This document shows positions 37,519 to 48,612 of a DNA stretch of 64,000 nt, piece after piece. The notes under the pieces were generated by a model. That model did no database searches, was not told the DNA's origin, and saw nothing but the letters and a program-made list of their open reading frames with translations. A program made the translations under genes and the position numbers. Location: NCBI GenBank assembly GCA_039680575.1, contig JBDKSP010000071.1:32001-96000 (forward strand), written 5' to 3'. How positions within the stretch are numbered: the stretch's first letter is position 1; each line of letters starts with the position of its first letter. The DNA is from Armatimonadota bacterium (lineage in GTDB: Bacteria > Armatimonadota > UBA5829 > DTLH01).

Positions 37519-38160
37519 ATGGAGCAAGAACGTTCTGAGAGAAGAAAGCGTTGGTCGTGCTGCCAGATAGGGTGCGGTGTGGCGGCTGTTCTATTTCTTA
37601 TACCCGTCTTGTGGATTGGGTCAGGTTTCATCTTCTGGAGACACTGCCGAATTCCGTTGCCGGACGGCTCCGGTTCCATAGTATACAAGGCACGGCTGAA
37701 CAAGATACTTTGTGCCGAGTGGGACCGAAAAGTGCGGTTTGAAACGAGCAAGTTCCATGGCAGGGAAAGGTGGGTCATAGGCGACCCAGCAGGAGCCAAT
37801 CCAGTCAACATCTACTGGTATCCGGCGACAGGTAATAGCGGACCATATATCAAATTTGTCGATCCTGCCACTGCTGAGTGCTATATAGACCTGAAACATG
37901 GGATAACTCTACTCTTCAGGACTAAACATGCAGATGGTAATAGCTACGCGGGAGAACTATCGAGCACATGGCCGAAATTTGGATCGACCACTGACAAACA
38001 AGGCTATTTTTTGGAAACAGTCGATGGGCATCCTGTGAAGATGCTGCCAAAGTGGATAGCTTCGAAGCCGGGTGTGTACATCGGCAGAATAGAGTATCCG
38101 TATAATAGGTTTGTTCCGGCAAAAATATCGCCTGAGCAAAAGTTAGTTCGAGAACGCTGA
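37519..38160 (+). CDS. Hypothetical membrane-anchored protein
   Basis: CAGGAG RBS, N-terminal TM segment. Confidence 0.55.
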   Translation: MEQERSERRKRWSCCQIGCGVAAVLFLIPVLWIGSGFIFWRHCRIPLPDGSGSIVYKARLNKILCAEWDRKVRFETSKFHGRERWVIGDPAGANPVNIYWYPATGNSGPYIKFVDPATAECYIDLKHGITLLFRTKHADGNSYAGELSSTWPKFGSTTDKQGYFLETVDGHPVKMLPKWIASKPGVYIGRIEYPYNRFVPAKISPEQKLVRER

Positions 38161-38270
38161 ATAAAGTTAATACGTATAAACCTTTGGATGGGGAAATGGT
38201 GGAAGATAAGGTCGATTCGGTCGACTCTTTCGACTCACTCGACGAGTGGGTCTTAGAAAGCAATTTTTAC

Positions 38271-40109
38271 GTGACGCTGAAAGATAAGCTTTCGACGTTG
38301 CCGACAAGTCCGGGCGTCTATCTTATGAAGAACTCGCTCGGCGATATAATCTATGTCGGCAAGGCCGTTGTGCTTAAAAACAGGGTAAGGTCATACTTCC
38401 AAAAGCTCGGAAAAGACATCTCCGGCAAGGTCCGGCGGATGGTCCATGACATCGCCGATCTCGAATGGATTGTCACCGATACCGAGCTTGAAGCGCTCAT
38501 CCTCGAGTCCAACCTCATCAAGAAATACCGCCCGCACTATAACGTCCGCTTAAAGGACGACAAAAGCTACCCATACATCGCCATCACGATGAGGGACCGC
38601 TTCCCCAAGCCGATGTTCATGCGGAAGATCAGGTCTGACGCCAAAGATGGCAACAAGTATTTCGGCCCTTACACCGACTCCAATGCAGTTCGGGAGACCC
38701 TGCGGCTCATCCGGCGGGTGTTCAAAGTCCCCTGCGGTTACACAGACACGACCCAGTCCAAAGGCCGCGCATGTCTCTATTATCACATTGGCCAGTGCCT
38801 CGGACCCTGCGCGGGTGAAGTTACCGAAGAAGAGTACCGGCAGGTCATCAAGGATGTAATCACCTTTCTCGAAGGCAGGCAGGAAAAGCTACTCAAGGAA
38901 CTCCAGTCGCAGATGGAAGAAGCATCCGAAAAGCTGCTTTTCGAGAAGGCGGCAAGGCTTCGTGACCAGGCGCAGGCGATGCAGCGGATAGTCGAGCGGC
39001 AGAAAGTCATTTCGAACGCGATGACCGATCAGGACGTCGTGGCGCTTGTCACCGATAATGGCAATGCCATAGCCCAGATGTTCTTCATTCGGAGCGGAAA
39101 GCTGATCGGACAGGAGCATTTCCTTCTGGAAGGGACTTCGAGCGACGATCTCTCGGAAGGCGTCCGCGAGTTCGTAAAGCAGTACTATCAGACGGCGGCC
39201 TATGTGCCCAAAGAAATCCTGCTCCAGTATGAGATCGACGAGATAAAGATCATCGAAAGCTGGCTGAGGCAGAAGCGCGGGACGAAAGTGGACATCAGCC
39301 ACCCCGTACGGGGTGAAAAGCGGCAGCTCGTGGAGATGGCGGAAAAGAATGCAGAAACTGTCCTCAATCAGCTTCGGAAAAAGATCGAGACTGACGAAGC
39401 TATGGTCACGTCGGAGCTTTCCGAACTGCAGACGGGGCTTGACCTGCCGAAACCGCCCAGGCGGATCGAGTGCTACGATATCTCGAACATAATGGGGACG
39501 GAAGCAGTTGGTTCGCTCGTCGTTTTCGAGAACGGGAAGCCCAAAAAGTCCGATTACCGCAGGTTCAAGATCAAATACACGCCCGAACAGCCGGACGACT
39601 ACGCCATGATGCGCGAAGTGCTGGCGAGAAGGATCACCGGCAAGCTGCGGCAGACGGAAAAGTTCGCTAATCTCCCCGATTTGCTGATGGTGGACGGTGG
39701 CAAAGGCCAGTTGAATGTCGCTGTAGAAGTACTGAATGCCTTTGACGAGGAGGTCTCTGTCATCGGTCTGGCTAAGGAGTTCGAGGAAGTGTTCAAACCC
39801 GGCGAGTCCGACCCCAGGATATTGCCTCGTGCTTCAAAAGGGCTTCACCTGCTCCAACGGGTGAGAGATGAAGCGCACAGGTTCGCAATAGAATACCATC
39901 GGAAGCTCAGGGCGAAGCGGATGACGAAGTCCATCCTGACGGAGATCCCGGGCATCGGCAAAAAGCGCCGGAGCGCCCTTTTGAAGCACTTCGGGTCATT
40001 GAAGAAAATCCGCGAGGCATCTCTCGAAGAGCTGGAACAGGCGCCGACGATGACCAAGCCCGCTGCGGAGACGGTTTACAGCTATGTGCGGGAGATAGGG
40101 AACAGGTAG
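38271..40109 (+). CDS. uvrC: Excinuclease ABC subunit C
   Basis: LPTSPGVY..IYVGKA GIY-YIG, RIECYDISN, DGGKGQL, RDEAHRFA, HhH; probable GTG start 38271. Confidence 0.97.
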   Translation: MTLKDKLSTLPTSPGVYLMKNSLGDIIYVGKAVVLKNRVRSYFQKLGKDISGKVRRMVHDIADLEWIVTDTELEALILESNLIKKYRPHYNVRLKDDKSYPYIAITMRDRFPKPMFMRKIRSDAKDGNKYFGPYTDSNAVRETLRLIRRVFKVPCGYTDTTQSKGRACLYYHIGQCLGPCAGEVTEEEYRQVIKDVITFLEGRQEKLLKELQSQMEEASEKLLFEKAARLRDQAQAMQRIVERQKVISNAMTDQDVVALVTDNGNAIAQMFFIRSGKLIGQEHFLLEGTSSDDLSEGVREFVKQYYQTAAYVPKEILLQYEIDEIKIIESWLRQKRGTKVDISHPVRGEKRQLVEMAEKNAETVLNQLRKKIETDEAMVTSELSELQTGLDLPKPPRRIECYDISNIMGTEAVGSLVVFENGKPKKSDYRRFKIKYTPEQPDDYAMMREVLARRITGKLRQTEKFANLPDLLMVDGGKGQLNVAVEVLNAFDEEVSVIGLAKEFEEVFKPGESDPRILPRASKGLHLLQRVRDEAHRFAIEYHRKLRAKRMTKSILTEIPGIGKKRRSALLKHFGSLKKIREASLEELEQAPTMTKPAAETVYSYVREIGNR

Positions 40110-40299
40110 CTTTTTGAACCGCGGAGACACGGAATAATGGGAAACGCGGAAGGTGGAGATTTGTAAAGTTATGATGGCACGGGGGATCCATGCCCCGTGC
40201 CTGTTTCTTGGACATCCATGTCCCATGAGTGGTAGCAGTAGTGAGGGGCATGGATGCCCGCGGAACAAAGGGCGGGGCTTGGAACCCCCGCCCTATCAA
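40110..40299. repeat. Cluster of short palindromic and 9-mer repeats
   Basis: aaccgcggagacacgg (inverse copy near 48577-48596), ggcacgggggatccatgccccgtgcc and gggcatggatgccc (related copies 54885-54935). Confidence 0.65.
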
Positions 40300-40346
40300 G
40301 TTTACAGTTATCTTCGTGAAACAGAGAATATGGAGTAGATTTCAAT

Positions 40347-40820
40347 ATGATCGTAGATAAGTTAGCTAATGCAGCCTCGTACCGAGCGCTTGGACCGGGT
40401 ATCGCGGCTGCTTTTGATTACCTCAAGTCACAGGACTTTTCCAAAATCCCAGCCGGAAAATACGAGATAGACGGCGATAAATGCTTCGCAATGGTTCAGG
40501 ACTACGAAACAGTGCGTCGGGCGGAGAAGCGCTGGGAGTCCCATCGGAAATATATCGACGTCCAATACATTGCAAATGGCGCCGAGCACATAGGTTACGC
40601 CAACCTGAACACACTGAAAGTAGTCGAGAATTACGACGAGGCTAAAGACATTACCTGGCTCGAAGGCTGCGGCGATTTTATCACTGTATCCCGCGGAACA
40701 TTCGTTATCCTCTACCCCCAGGACGCCCACATGCCCGGAGTAGCAATCGACGGCCCTGAACCTGTCCGCAAAGTAGTCGTAAAGATAGCCATGGATGACC
40801 TGAGGTTCGAAAAGAGATGA
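40347..40820 (+). CDS. YhcH/YjgK/YiaL family protein
   Basis: GKYEIDGD, WESHRKYIDVQY, PQDAHMPG, VRKVVVKI. Confidence 0.9.
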   Translation: MIVDKLANAASYRALGPGIAAAFDYLKSQDFSKIPAGKYEIDGDKCFAMVQDYETVRRAEKRWESHRKYIDVQYIANGAEHIGYANLNTLKVVENYDEAKDITWLEGCGDFITVSRGTFVILYPQDAHMPGVAIDGPEPVRKVVVKIAMDDLRFEKR

Positions 40821-41380
40821 GAGAATCTCCATGTCTTGTCGGAGAAAGAGTCTACCTCCGGCAGATCAAGAAAGAAGACTTGATATATATCCATAAGTGG
40901 GTGAACGATCCCGAGATAAGCGGGCTGATCGGACAGGTCGGCAAAATGAGCCCGGAACAAGTCGATGAGTGGTTCGAAAAGGTCGAAGCGGACAACAACC
41001 GTGTGTGGTTTGCGGTCGTCTTGAAAGAGAGTGACCGGATAATAGGTGAAGCCGGACTGCTCAGGATGTTTGATGAGTGGCGGACGACCGACCTTTCCAT
41101 GATCATCGGGGAAAAAGCTGTATGGGACCAGGGATATGGCACGGAAGCCATTATTCTTCTATTACAGTATGCTTTCCGGAACCTGAATTTCCACAGAGTG
41201 GCGATAGGTGTCGTCGGATTCAATGAACGCGCCTTGCATTTTTACAAAAAAGTTGGATTCAGAGAAGAAGGCTTGCAGCGGGACGGGTATTACTATGACC
41301 ATAGTTACTACGATTTTGTTATGATGAGCATCCTCGATAACGAGTACTGGAATCTTTGGGGTGACATAACCTCGGACTAA
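40817..41380 (+). CDS. GNAT N-acetyltransferase (RimJ/RimL type)
   Basis: WDQGYGTEA, FNERA..FYKKVGFREEG. Confidence 0.88.
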   Translation: MRESPCLVGERVYLRQIKKEDLIYIHKWVNDPEISGLIGQVGKMSPEQVDEWFEKVEADNNRVWFAVVLKESDRIIGEAGLLRMFDEWRTTDLSMIIGEKAVWDQGYGTEAIILLLQYAFRNLNFHRVAIGVVGFNERALHFYKKVGFREEGLQRDGYYYDHSYYDFVMMSILDNEYWNLWGDITSD

Positions 41381-41404
41381 CTGCAATTCAAAACGCGCGC
41401 GCGC

Positions 41405-41434
41405 TTGACACTCTATATGTTCGACCGCTAAAAT
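41405..41434 (+). promoter_or_regulatory. sigma70-type promoter of the gap operon
   Basis: TTGACA-18 bp-TAAAAT. Confidence 0.65.
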
Positions 41435-41527
41435 TAGTTATAGATTTTATACAGCCTGGTTACTTCAGCAATGGCGCTGAGCAGCCGGGCTGCGCGTGCA
41501 ATATTGGGTATAAAGGTTCGAGGATAA

Positions 41528-42637
<1,110 letters not shown>

Positions 42638-42791
42638 TTTAGATTCATTCAAAAAAAACGGATAAAGTCTCTGCTTTGAGTAACGAGCATTGATATAGTG
42701 GACCGGAATCATCAGGCTCCGGTCCACTTGTCTGCATTAAACGGCTCGAAGCTCGCTTCTTACCACTTATGGCTAAATAAAGAGGTATCAA

Positions 42792-43976
42792 ATGAACAAG
42801 AAGACCATCAAGGATATCGACGTAGCCGGGAAACGAACGCTGGTCCGTGTGGACTTCAACGTTCCCCTCGACGAAAACCGCAACATCACAGACGACCGCC
42901 GAATTGCAGCCGCACTGCCGACTATCAAGTACCTTCTTGACAAAGAGGCAAAGGTTATCCTTATGTCGCACCTGGGCAGGCCCAAAGGCAGCCCGAATTC
43001 CAAGTATACTCTCACCCCCGTTGCCGCACGGCTGGAAGACCTTCTCCAGATGCCGGTGACGAAGATGGGAGACTCTATCGGCGAGATGGTGCAGGGCGCA
43101 GTGATGGGCATGCCCGCCGGACGCGTCGTAATGCTCGAAAACATGCGGTTCTACGCAGAAGAAGAGAAAAACGACCTGGATTTTGCCAAACAACTTGCGT
43201 CGCTCGGCGAAATCTACGTAAATGATGCGTTCGGAACAGCTCACAGGGCGCATGCATCGACCGAAGGAGTCACCAAGTTCCTACCGGGAGTTGCCGGGTT
43301 CCTGATGGAGAAGGAACTCGATTATCTCGGCAAGGCAATCAGCAACCCCGAAAGACCGTTCCTCGCTATTTTAGGGGGCGCGAAGGTTGCCGATAAGATT
43401 CCGGTTATCGAACACCTGCTCACAAAGGTAGACGAACTCATCATCTGCGGCGGGATGGCGTATACATTCTTTAAGGCGATGGGCTACGAGATCGGCCATT
43501 CGCTGCTTGACGAAGCAGGTATAGAACTTGCAAAGAACACGATGAAAAAAGCCGAGGAAATGGGCGTGAAGCTCTATCTGCCCCAGGATGTCATTGTGGC
43601 TACGGAGTTCAAGGAAGATGCCGAGAGTAAACCTGTCCCTGTCGATCAAATTCCATCTGACTGGATGGGGATGGACATCGGGCCGAAAACAACGGAAATA
43701 TTCAAGAACGTAATTAAAGGCGCTAAAACGGTTGTGTGGAACGGACCTCCGGGAGTCTTTGAGATGCCCAGGTTCGCGGTCGGCACGAGGGCGATAGCCC
43801 AGGCGATGGCGGATTCCAGCGCAACGACGATTGTGGGTGGAGGAGATTCCGCTGCAGCCGTCGAGCAGATGGGGTTTGCCGACAAGATGAGTCATGTGTC
43901 GACCGGAGGAGGAGCATCCCTGGAATTCCTTGAGGGCAAGACTCTCCCCGGCGTCGCAGCGCTTCAGGATAAATAG
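42792..43976 (+). CDS. pgk: Phosphoglycerate kinase
   Basis: [40 protein letters not shown]. Confidence 0.98.
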   Translation: MNKKTIKDIDVAGKRTLVRVDFNVPLDENRNITDDRRIAAALPTIKYLLDKEAKVILMSHLGRPKGSPNSKYTLTPVAARLEDLLQMPVTKMGDSIGEMVQGAVMGMPAGRVVMLENMRFYAEEEKNDLDFAKQLASLGEIYVNDAFGTAHRAHASTEGVTKFLPGVAGFLMEKELDYLGKAISNPERPFLAILGGAKVADKIPVIEHLLTKVDELIICGGMAYTFFKAMGYEIGHSLLDEAGIELAKNTMKKAEEMGVKLYLPQDVIVATEFKEDAESKPVPVDQIPSDWMGMDIGPKTTEIFKNVIKGAKTVVWNGPPGVFEMPRFAVGTRAIAQAMADSSATTIVGGGDSAAAVEQMGFADKMSHVSTGGGASLEFLEGKTLPGVAALQDK

Positions 43977-43994
43977 CTGGGAAGCTTTCAGCAA

Positions 43995-44025
43995 TATAGG
44001 CCGGAGTGTCCCATTCCGGCCTATA
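43995..44025. terminator. Hairpin after pgk
   Basis: tataggccgga..tccggcctata inverted repeat; no clear U-tract. Confidence 0.4.
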
Positions 44026-44045
44026 ACTAATATTTGAGGAACCAT

Positions 44046-44288
44046 ATGCAAGAGCCGGAATGGGACAGGATGTCTGAGAAAGCCAAACGAAAGTATATCG
44101 AAGTGCTTAGAGGCATTCCCATCGGCAGAAGGCTCGAAATTACTGCTGAGTTGAGCCAGGCTGTTCGAGACCTTATGGCTGTGGGTATCCGTGCGAAGAA
44201 TCCTGACATAACAGATGAAGAATTGCGCAGAGAGATCATTCGGCGTACATTACCGGCTGATTTAGTTAAGAAGGTTTACGGCTGGTAA
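44046..44288 (+). CDS. Small hypothetical protein, putative antitoxin-like partner
   Basis: GAGGA RBS; basic helical protein directly upstream of a nucleotidyltransferase; start 44046 or 44070. Confidence 0.6.
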   Translation: MQEPEWDRMSEKAKRKYIEVLRGIPIGRRLEITAELSQAVRDLMAVGIRAKNPDITDEELRREIIRRTLPADLVKKVYGW

Positions 44289-44299
44289 AAGGAACTGAG

Positions 44300-44854
44300 T
44301 TGGAAACTTATTCAGAAGTGGTTCAGAGAGTTCTTCTCTTGCTGGATAAAGCAGGGATTCCGTATATGGTTGTGGGGTCTTTTGCCGCGTCTGTTTATGG
44401 AATATCTCGCGCCACACATGATCTGGATATAGTTATTGCACTCAAGCCGGATGCCATACAAACCCTCGCCAATGCTTTTGGAGAGGATTTCTATTTCGAT
44501 GAAGAATCTGCAAAGTCGGCAGTTGCCCACTCGGATATGTTCAACATTTTCCACCTTGAGAGTGGGTTGAAGATCGACTTTTGGATACTTCAGGATGATG
44601 AGTTCAATCGAACCCAGTTTGACCGCAGGATTCCAACAAAGGCGTGGGGGACTGAAAGCTATGTGGCTTCCCCGGAGGATACTATCTTATCGAAGCTGCT
44701 GTGGTATAAGATAACACCATCTGACCGGCAGTTGGCCGATGTAAGAGCGATTCTCACCGTTCAACGCGACACATTGGATTACGATTACTTGCGGCATTGG
44801 GGTACCGCTCTTGATATAGAAGAATTACTTAACTCGCTTATTGAGGAGAAATGA
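44300..44854 (+). CDS. Nucleotidyltransferase-superfamily protein
   Basis: PYMVVGSFAASVYGISRATHDLD, SPEDTILSKL, LDYDYLRHW. Confidence 0.8.
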   Translation: METYSEVVQRVLLLLDKAGIPYMVVGSFAASVYGISRATHDLDIVIALKPDAIQTLANAFGEDFYFDEESAKSAVAHSDMFNIFHLESGLKIDFWILQDDEFNRTQFDRRIPTKAWGTESYVASPEDTILSKLLWYKITPSDRQLADVRAILTVQRDTLDYDYLRHWGTALDIEELLNSLIEEK

Positions 44855-45655
44855 ATGGCTAGAACACCAATAATTGCAGGAAACTGGAAGATGCACAAGA
44901 CCGTCCTTGAGGGGGTCGAGCTGGTAAACGCGCTTGCGAGCGCCAATGAAGACGTCAAAGGCGTCGAGATCGTCGTTTGCCCGCCGTTTACAGCCCTCTG
45001 GCCGGTAAAACAGGCGATTGCCGACACCAACGTAGAGCTTGGCGCTCAGAATATATTCTGGGAGACAAAAGGCGCGTGGACAAGCGAAATCGCGCCGGGG
45101 ATGCTTACGGACGTAGGGTGCAAATACGCTATTATCGGTCACTCGGAGACACGCGGCCGGTTCGGAACGGTCGATGAAGAGCTGACTAAAGTGCTCGGTT
45201 ACTTCTCTGAGACCGATGCGACGATCAACAAGAAGGTAAAAGCTGCCTTTGCGGCAGGTCTCACCCCTATCATCTGCTGCGGCGAGATGCTGGACGAGCG
45301 AAAAGCCGGTAAGACGGATGAAGTAATAGCCGCGCAGATCAAGGCAGACATCGCTGGGCTCACTACTGAGCAGGTAAAGACTCTCGTGATAGCTTACGAG
45401 CCGGTCTGGGCGATCGGGACAGGCGAAGTCTGCGATTCCACAGAGGCTAACAGAGTCTGCGGAATGATCAGAGGCGTTGTAAAAGAGATGTACGGCGCCG
45501 AAGATGCTGATTCAGTCAGAATCCAGTACGGCGGCAGCGTGAAGCCGAGCAACGCGGCTGAACTCCTGCACATGTCCGACATCGACGGCGCACTGGTCGG
45601 CGGAGCAGCCCTGAAATCAGAAGACTTCACCGCGATCATCAAAGCTGCGTTGTAA
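44855..45655 (+). CDS. tpiA: Triosephosphate isomerase
   Basis: AGNWKM, IIGHSE, AYEPVWAIGTG, YGGSVKP, LVGGA. Confidence 0.97.
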   Translation: MARTPIIAGNWKMHKTVLEGVELVNALASANEDVKGVEIVVCPPFTALWPVKQAIADTNVELGAQNIFWETKGAWTSEIAPGMLTDVGCKYAIIGHSETRGRFGTVDEELTKVLGYFSETDATINKKVKAAFAAGLTPIICCGEMLDERKAGKTDEVIAAQIKADIAGLTTEQVKTLVIAYEPVWAIGTGEVCDSTEANRVCGMIRGVVKEMYGAEDADSVRIQYGGSVKPSNAAELLHMSDIDGALVGGAALKSEDFTAIIKAAL

Positions 45656-45759
45656 AAAACTTCCGAAACACGGATTTCGCGGATGGTGGAGACCTAAAGT
45701 ATCTACAATAAGACCCTCAAGTCTCCACCAATCCCTTCTATGCTTCGGGATCACTTTTC

Positions 45760-45833
45760 ATCCCGAAGCACGGCATCCACCAATTCCATTTTCGCGTCTT
45801 TTGCGCTTCTTCGCGCATTTCGTGATTCAGAAT
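45760..45833 (-). repeat. Repeat family A copy
   Basis: 73/74 identical (inverted) to 51277-51350. Confidence 0.9.
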
Positions 45834-45949
45834 GCTTCGGACTGCTTATTCTTGCATCATCTGATGTTTCAGTTGTGAATACGACTGAAATTCTCCCGGA
45901 AGATCCAGAATCCAGGATGAAAATGGACTCTGTGCTTGCCGGAGAATTC

Positions 45950-46576
45950 TTATTTGCAGATTCCTTTTGCCACCAGAATCCCGAAAATGCCGTCGCGGAT
46001 GTAGACAATGGCGATTGCGGCGAGGAGGATTCCCATTATCCGCGCGATTACGTCCGATCCGGTGACGCCGAGGATTTTATATATCAGCGTAGTAGCCCTG
46101 AGCACCACCCATGTCAGAAAAAAGGCTATCGCGACAGCAAGGGAAGCAAGAATAATACCCTGAGTCCCGACCAGGACTACCGCGGCTGTAATGGAGCCGG
46201 GACCGACAAGGAGCGGCGACGCTATCGGCACTACACCCATGCCTATCCCGCCGTCGAGCGCCGGTTCGGAGGACATCCGCCCGTGAATGACGATGTTGAG
46301 CGCCATTACCAGAAGAAGCAGCCCGCCCGCGATCTGCAGGTCATATAGCTCTATCCCGAAAAGCCTGAGTATGGCGGTCCCGCTGAATGTGAAGACGAGC
46401 AGCATCGCGAACGCTATCAGCACTGCCCTGGTCAGCATACGCTGGCGCTGCTTGGTGGTCATCTGGTGGGTTACGCCGACTACAAGCGGAAGCAGCCCGA
46501 ATGGGTCCAGAACGATGAGAAGCGCCATTGTGGACTGTATGAGTATCAGCACCCACTTGATTATGTCATGGTTCAT
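45950..46576 (-). CDS. MarC family membrane protein
   Basis: LDPFG..P, LFGI...LQIAGG, VPIASPLLVGPGSIT, RIMGILLAAIA. Confidence 0.9.
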   Translation of the reverse strand: MNHDIIKWVLILIQSTMALLIVLDPFGLLPLVVGVTHQMTTKQRQRMLTRAVLIAFAMLLVFTFSGTAILRLFGIELYDLQIAGGLLLLVMALNIVIHGRMSSEPALDGGIGMGVVPIASPLLVGPGSITAAVVLVGTQGIILASLAVAIAFFLTWVVLRATTLIYKILGVTGSDVIARIMGILLAAIAIVYIRDGIFGILVAKGICK

Positions 46577-46786
46577 TGTCCGCTGCCTCGTTCAATCGTT
46601 CCTGCCGCCGAAAAACCGTAATAGACCTTATCAAAACCGGTTATCGACAGGTAATGCCCGAATTTCCGGCTGCAATACTCGTACATGCTTGTTCCTCCAG
46701 TAACACAACGTTGTGTACACCTCTATTATACAAGGCAAACGGCCGATGTGTCACTTCCGGGGACGGGGGATGGCGTCCCTCATAGC

Positions 46787-48154
46787 TCATTCCTTTTCTC
46801 TTTTGTTTTCTTCAGGAGGGATAAATCCGAACTCGCGGATCTTGCTGCGGAGCGTTTTGCGGTCGATTTCGAGGATGCTTGCGGCGGATGAACGGTTCCA
46901 ATTGCATGCGATCAACACTTTTTTGATGTGATCGCGCTCGATTTCCCTTAACGATTTCATAGCGGCCGGTTGTTTCCGTTTAGCGAGCGATTTACTGCCG
47001 TTTATTGCGAGGTGGGACGGCTGGATGCAGTCGCCGTCGCAAAGGATAACGGACCGCTCGATGCAGTTGCGGAACTCCCGGATATTTCCAGTCCACTCGC
47101 ATGAGAGCATCAGGTCAAGGGAAGCGCCGGAGATCGATGAAATGTGCTTGCCGGTCTCGGCAGCGTATTTCTTGATGAAATAATCGGCTAAAAGAGGGAT
47201 GTCTTCGTGTCTGTCCCTCAGTGGAGGCAGCGTAATGACGGTGCTGCGCAAAACCTGGTAAAGATCGTCGTCAAAATTGCCAGATTCGACTGCGGCTGCA
47301 AGGTTCGTGCTTGTAGATGCAATGATCCTCACATTGGAATCTACCACGGCAGTCCCTCCGATGCGCGAGAACTGTCCGTCCCTCAGCATCCTGTTAAGCA
47401 CCGACTGGGTGCTCAGGCTTGTATTTGCGATCTCATCGAGAAAGATCGTCCCGCCGGAAGCCAGATCCACCTGCCCGATTCCGTGGTCGACCCCCTTTGA
47501 AAACTTGCCGTCCTCGATGCCGAAAAGCATAGCGTCGAGAGCCGGGGCTGTGGCGCTGCCGCAGTCGATCCTTACGAACCGTCTGCTGGCCCGCTTGCTG
47601 CGGCGGTGTATGGACCTGGCAAGGCATTCCTTACCGGTCCCGTATTCGCCTGAGACGAGGATGTGTTTATCAGTTGCGGCAATTTTCAGAGCAAGAGCAA
47701 TTGCCTGCTTGAAATCCTGGCACATTCCGGCGGTATGGTGGAGGTCGAAATGATGTTCCATCTCGCCGAAAAGGTGTTTGAGCTGTCTCGTCTTCCAGCA
47801 TTCTTCCAGGATGCGGTCTACTCTTACCCTTACCTCGTCGCTGTTCCAGGGTTTTACCAGGTAGTCCGATACTCCGAGCTTCAATGCATCGAAAGCGCTC
47901 GATATGGAGCCTGCATCTACGGTTACGAGTATCGCAAGGTCGGGACATTCCTCTCTTATCGCGCGGATCGCTTTGATGCCGGCGGCTTTCTGCTCCAGTC
48001 CCAATATGACGAGATCGTACGGCATGGAGCAGGCGCAGGAGGCGGCCTTTTTACTATCTTTCACATCAGTAATATTGTGAGCCATAATTTCAAGAAGTTG
48101 TCTCAATTCAGCTCTGCTGTCAAGGTCGTCTTCTGCAATGAGTATTTTAGCCAT
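46787..48154 (-). CDS. NtrC-like REC-AAA+-Fis HTH regulator with degenerate motifs
   Basis: GEYGTGKE, FLDEI, LPPLRDR, WTGNIRE, Fis-type HTH; lacks GAFTGA and the phosphoacceptor Asp. Confidence 0.85.
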   Translation of the reverse strand: MAKILIAEDDLDSRAELRQLLEIMAHNITDVKDSKKAASCACSMPYDLVILGLEQKAAGIKAIRAIREECPDLAILVTVDAGSISSAFDALKLGVSDYLVKPWNSDEVRVRVDRILEECWKTRQLKHLFGEMEHHFDLHHTAGMCQDFKQAIALALKIAATDKHILVSGEYGTGKECLARSIHRRSKRASRRFVRIDCGSATAPALDAMLFGIEDGKFSKGVDHGIGQVDLASGGTIFLDEIANTSLSTQSVLNRMLRDGQFSRIGGTAVVDSNVRIIASTSTNLAAAVESGNFDDDLYQVLRSTVITLPPLRDRHEDIPLLADYFIKKYAAETGKHISSISGASLDLMLSCEWTGNIREFRNCIERSVILCDGDCIQPSHLAINGSKSLAKRKQPAAMKSLREIERDHIKKVLIACNWNRSSAASILEIDRKTLRSKIREFGFIPPEENKREKE

Positions 48155-48264
48155 AGTCTCGTCCGTATATAACGATGCCCCTAACCGGGCGTAGTGAACT
48201 TGCGGTTGTTCTTGTTGCTCGGAGTTATCTTATGAGTCGGTCAGAATAATTTCGGTCTCGTGTG

Positions 48265-48294
48265 ATTATACTAGGCAAGCAGCCTGTCATGCAA
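48265..48294 (-). promoter_or_regulatory. sigma70-type promoter
   Basis: TTGCAT-18 bp-TATAAT on the minus strand. Confidence 0.5.
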
Positions 48295-48612
48295 GACAGT
48301 AAAGAGTGAAAGTAGGGATATTTCAGCTAAGTTTTCTAGTGCAGTAGTTTACCATTGTACGGGTTCCGTGTACAAAACATAGAGCAATGAATATTTTGGG
48401 GAGCAGATGACAGGGAACGGGGAAGAGAGAGGATTTAGGGTCCGATGGTCGGAGATGTGATGCTTGTATGCACGTATTTTGCGCTGAAGCCAGCCTTTCG
48501 AAATTGGCGGAAAGTGTGCTTCTCACAGTGGACCGGTGAGTCCACTGGGTGGAGACTCGTAGCGTAAGAGCAGATACCGTGTCTCTGCGGTTCAAAAGCT
48601 GACTGCTAAAAG

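Noticed and set aside
36400..38270. Integron cassette array
   Set aside because: No IntI gene and no convincing attC (RYYYAAC..GTTRRRY) sites; the repeats are REP-type.
38184..38270. N-terminal extension of UvrC (DSVDSFDSLD)
   Set aside because: Arises from a 9-bp periodic tcgactc repeat in intergenic DNA; UvrC-like sequence starts at 38271.
45740..45950. ORFs 45740-46348, 45751-46008 and 51107-51367 sharing STASTNSIFASFALLRAFRDSE-type peptides
   Set aside because: Translation artefacts of repeat family A, not genes.
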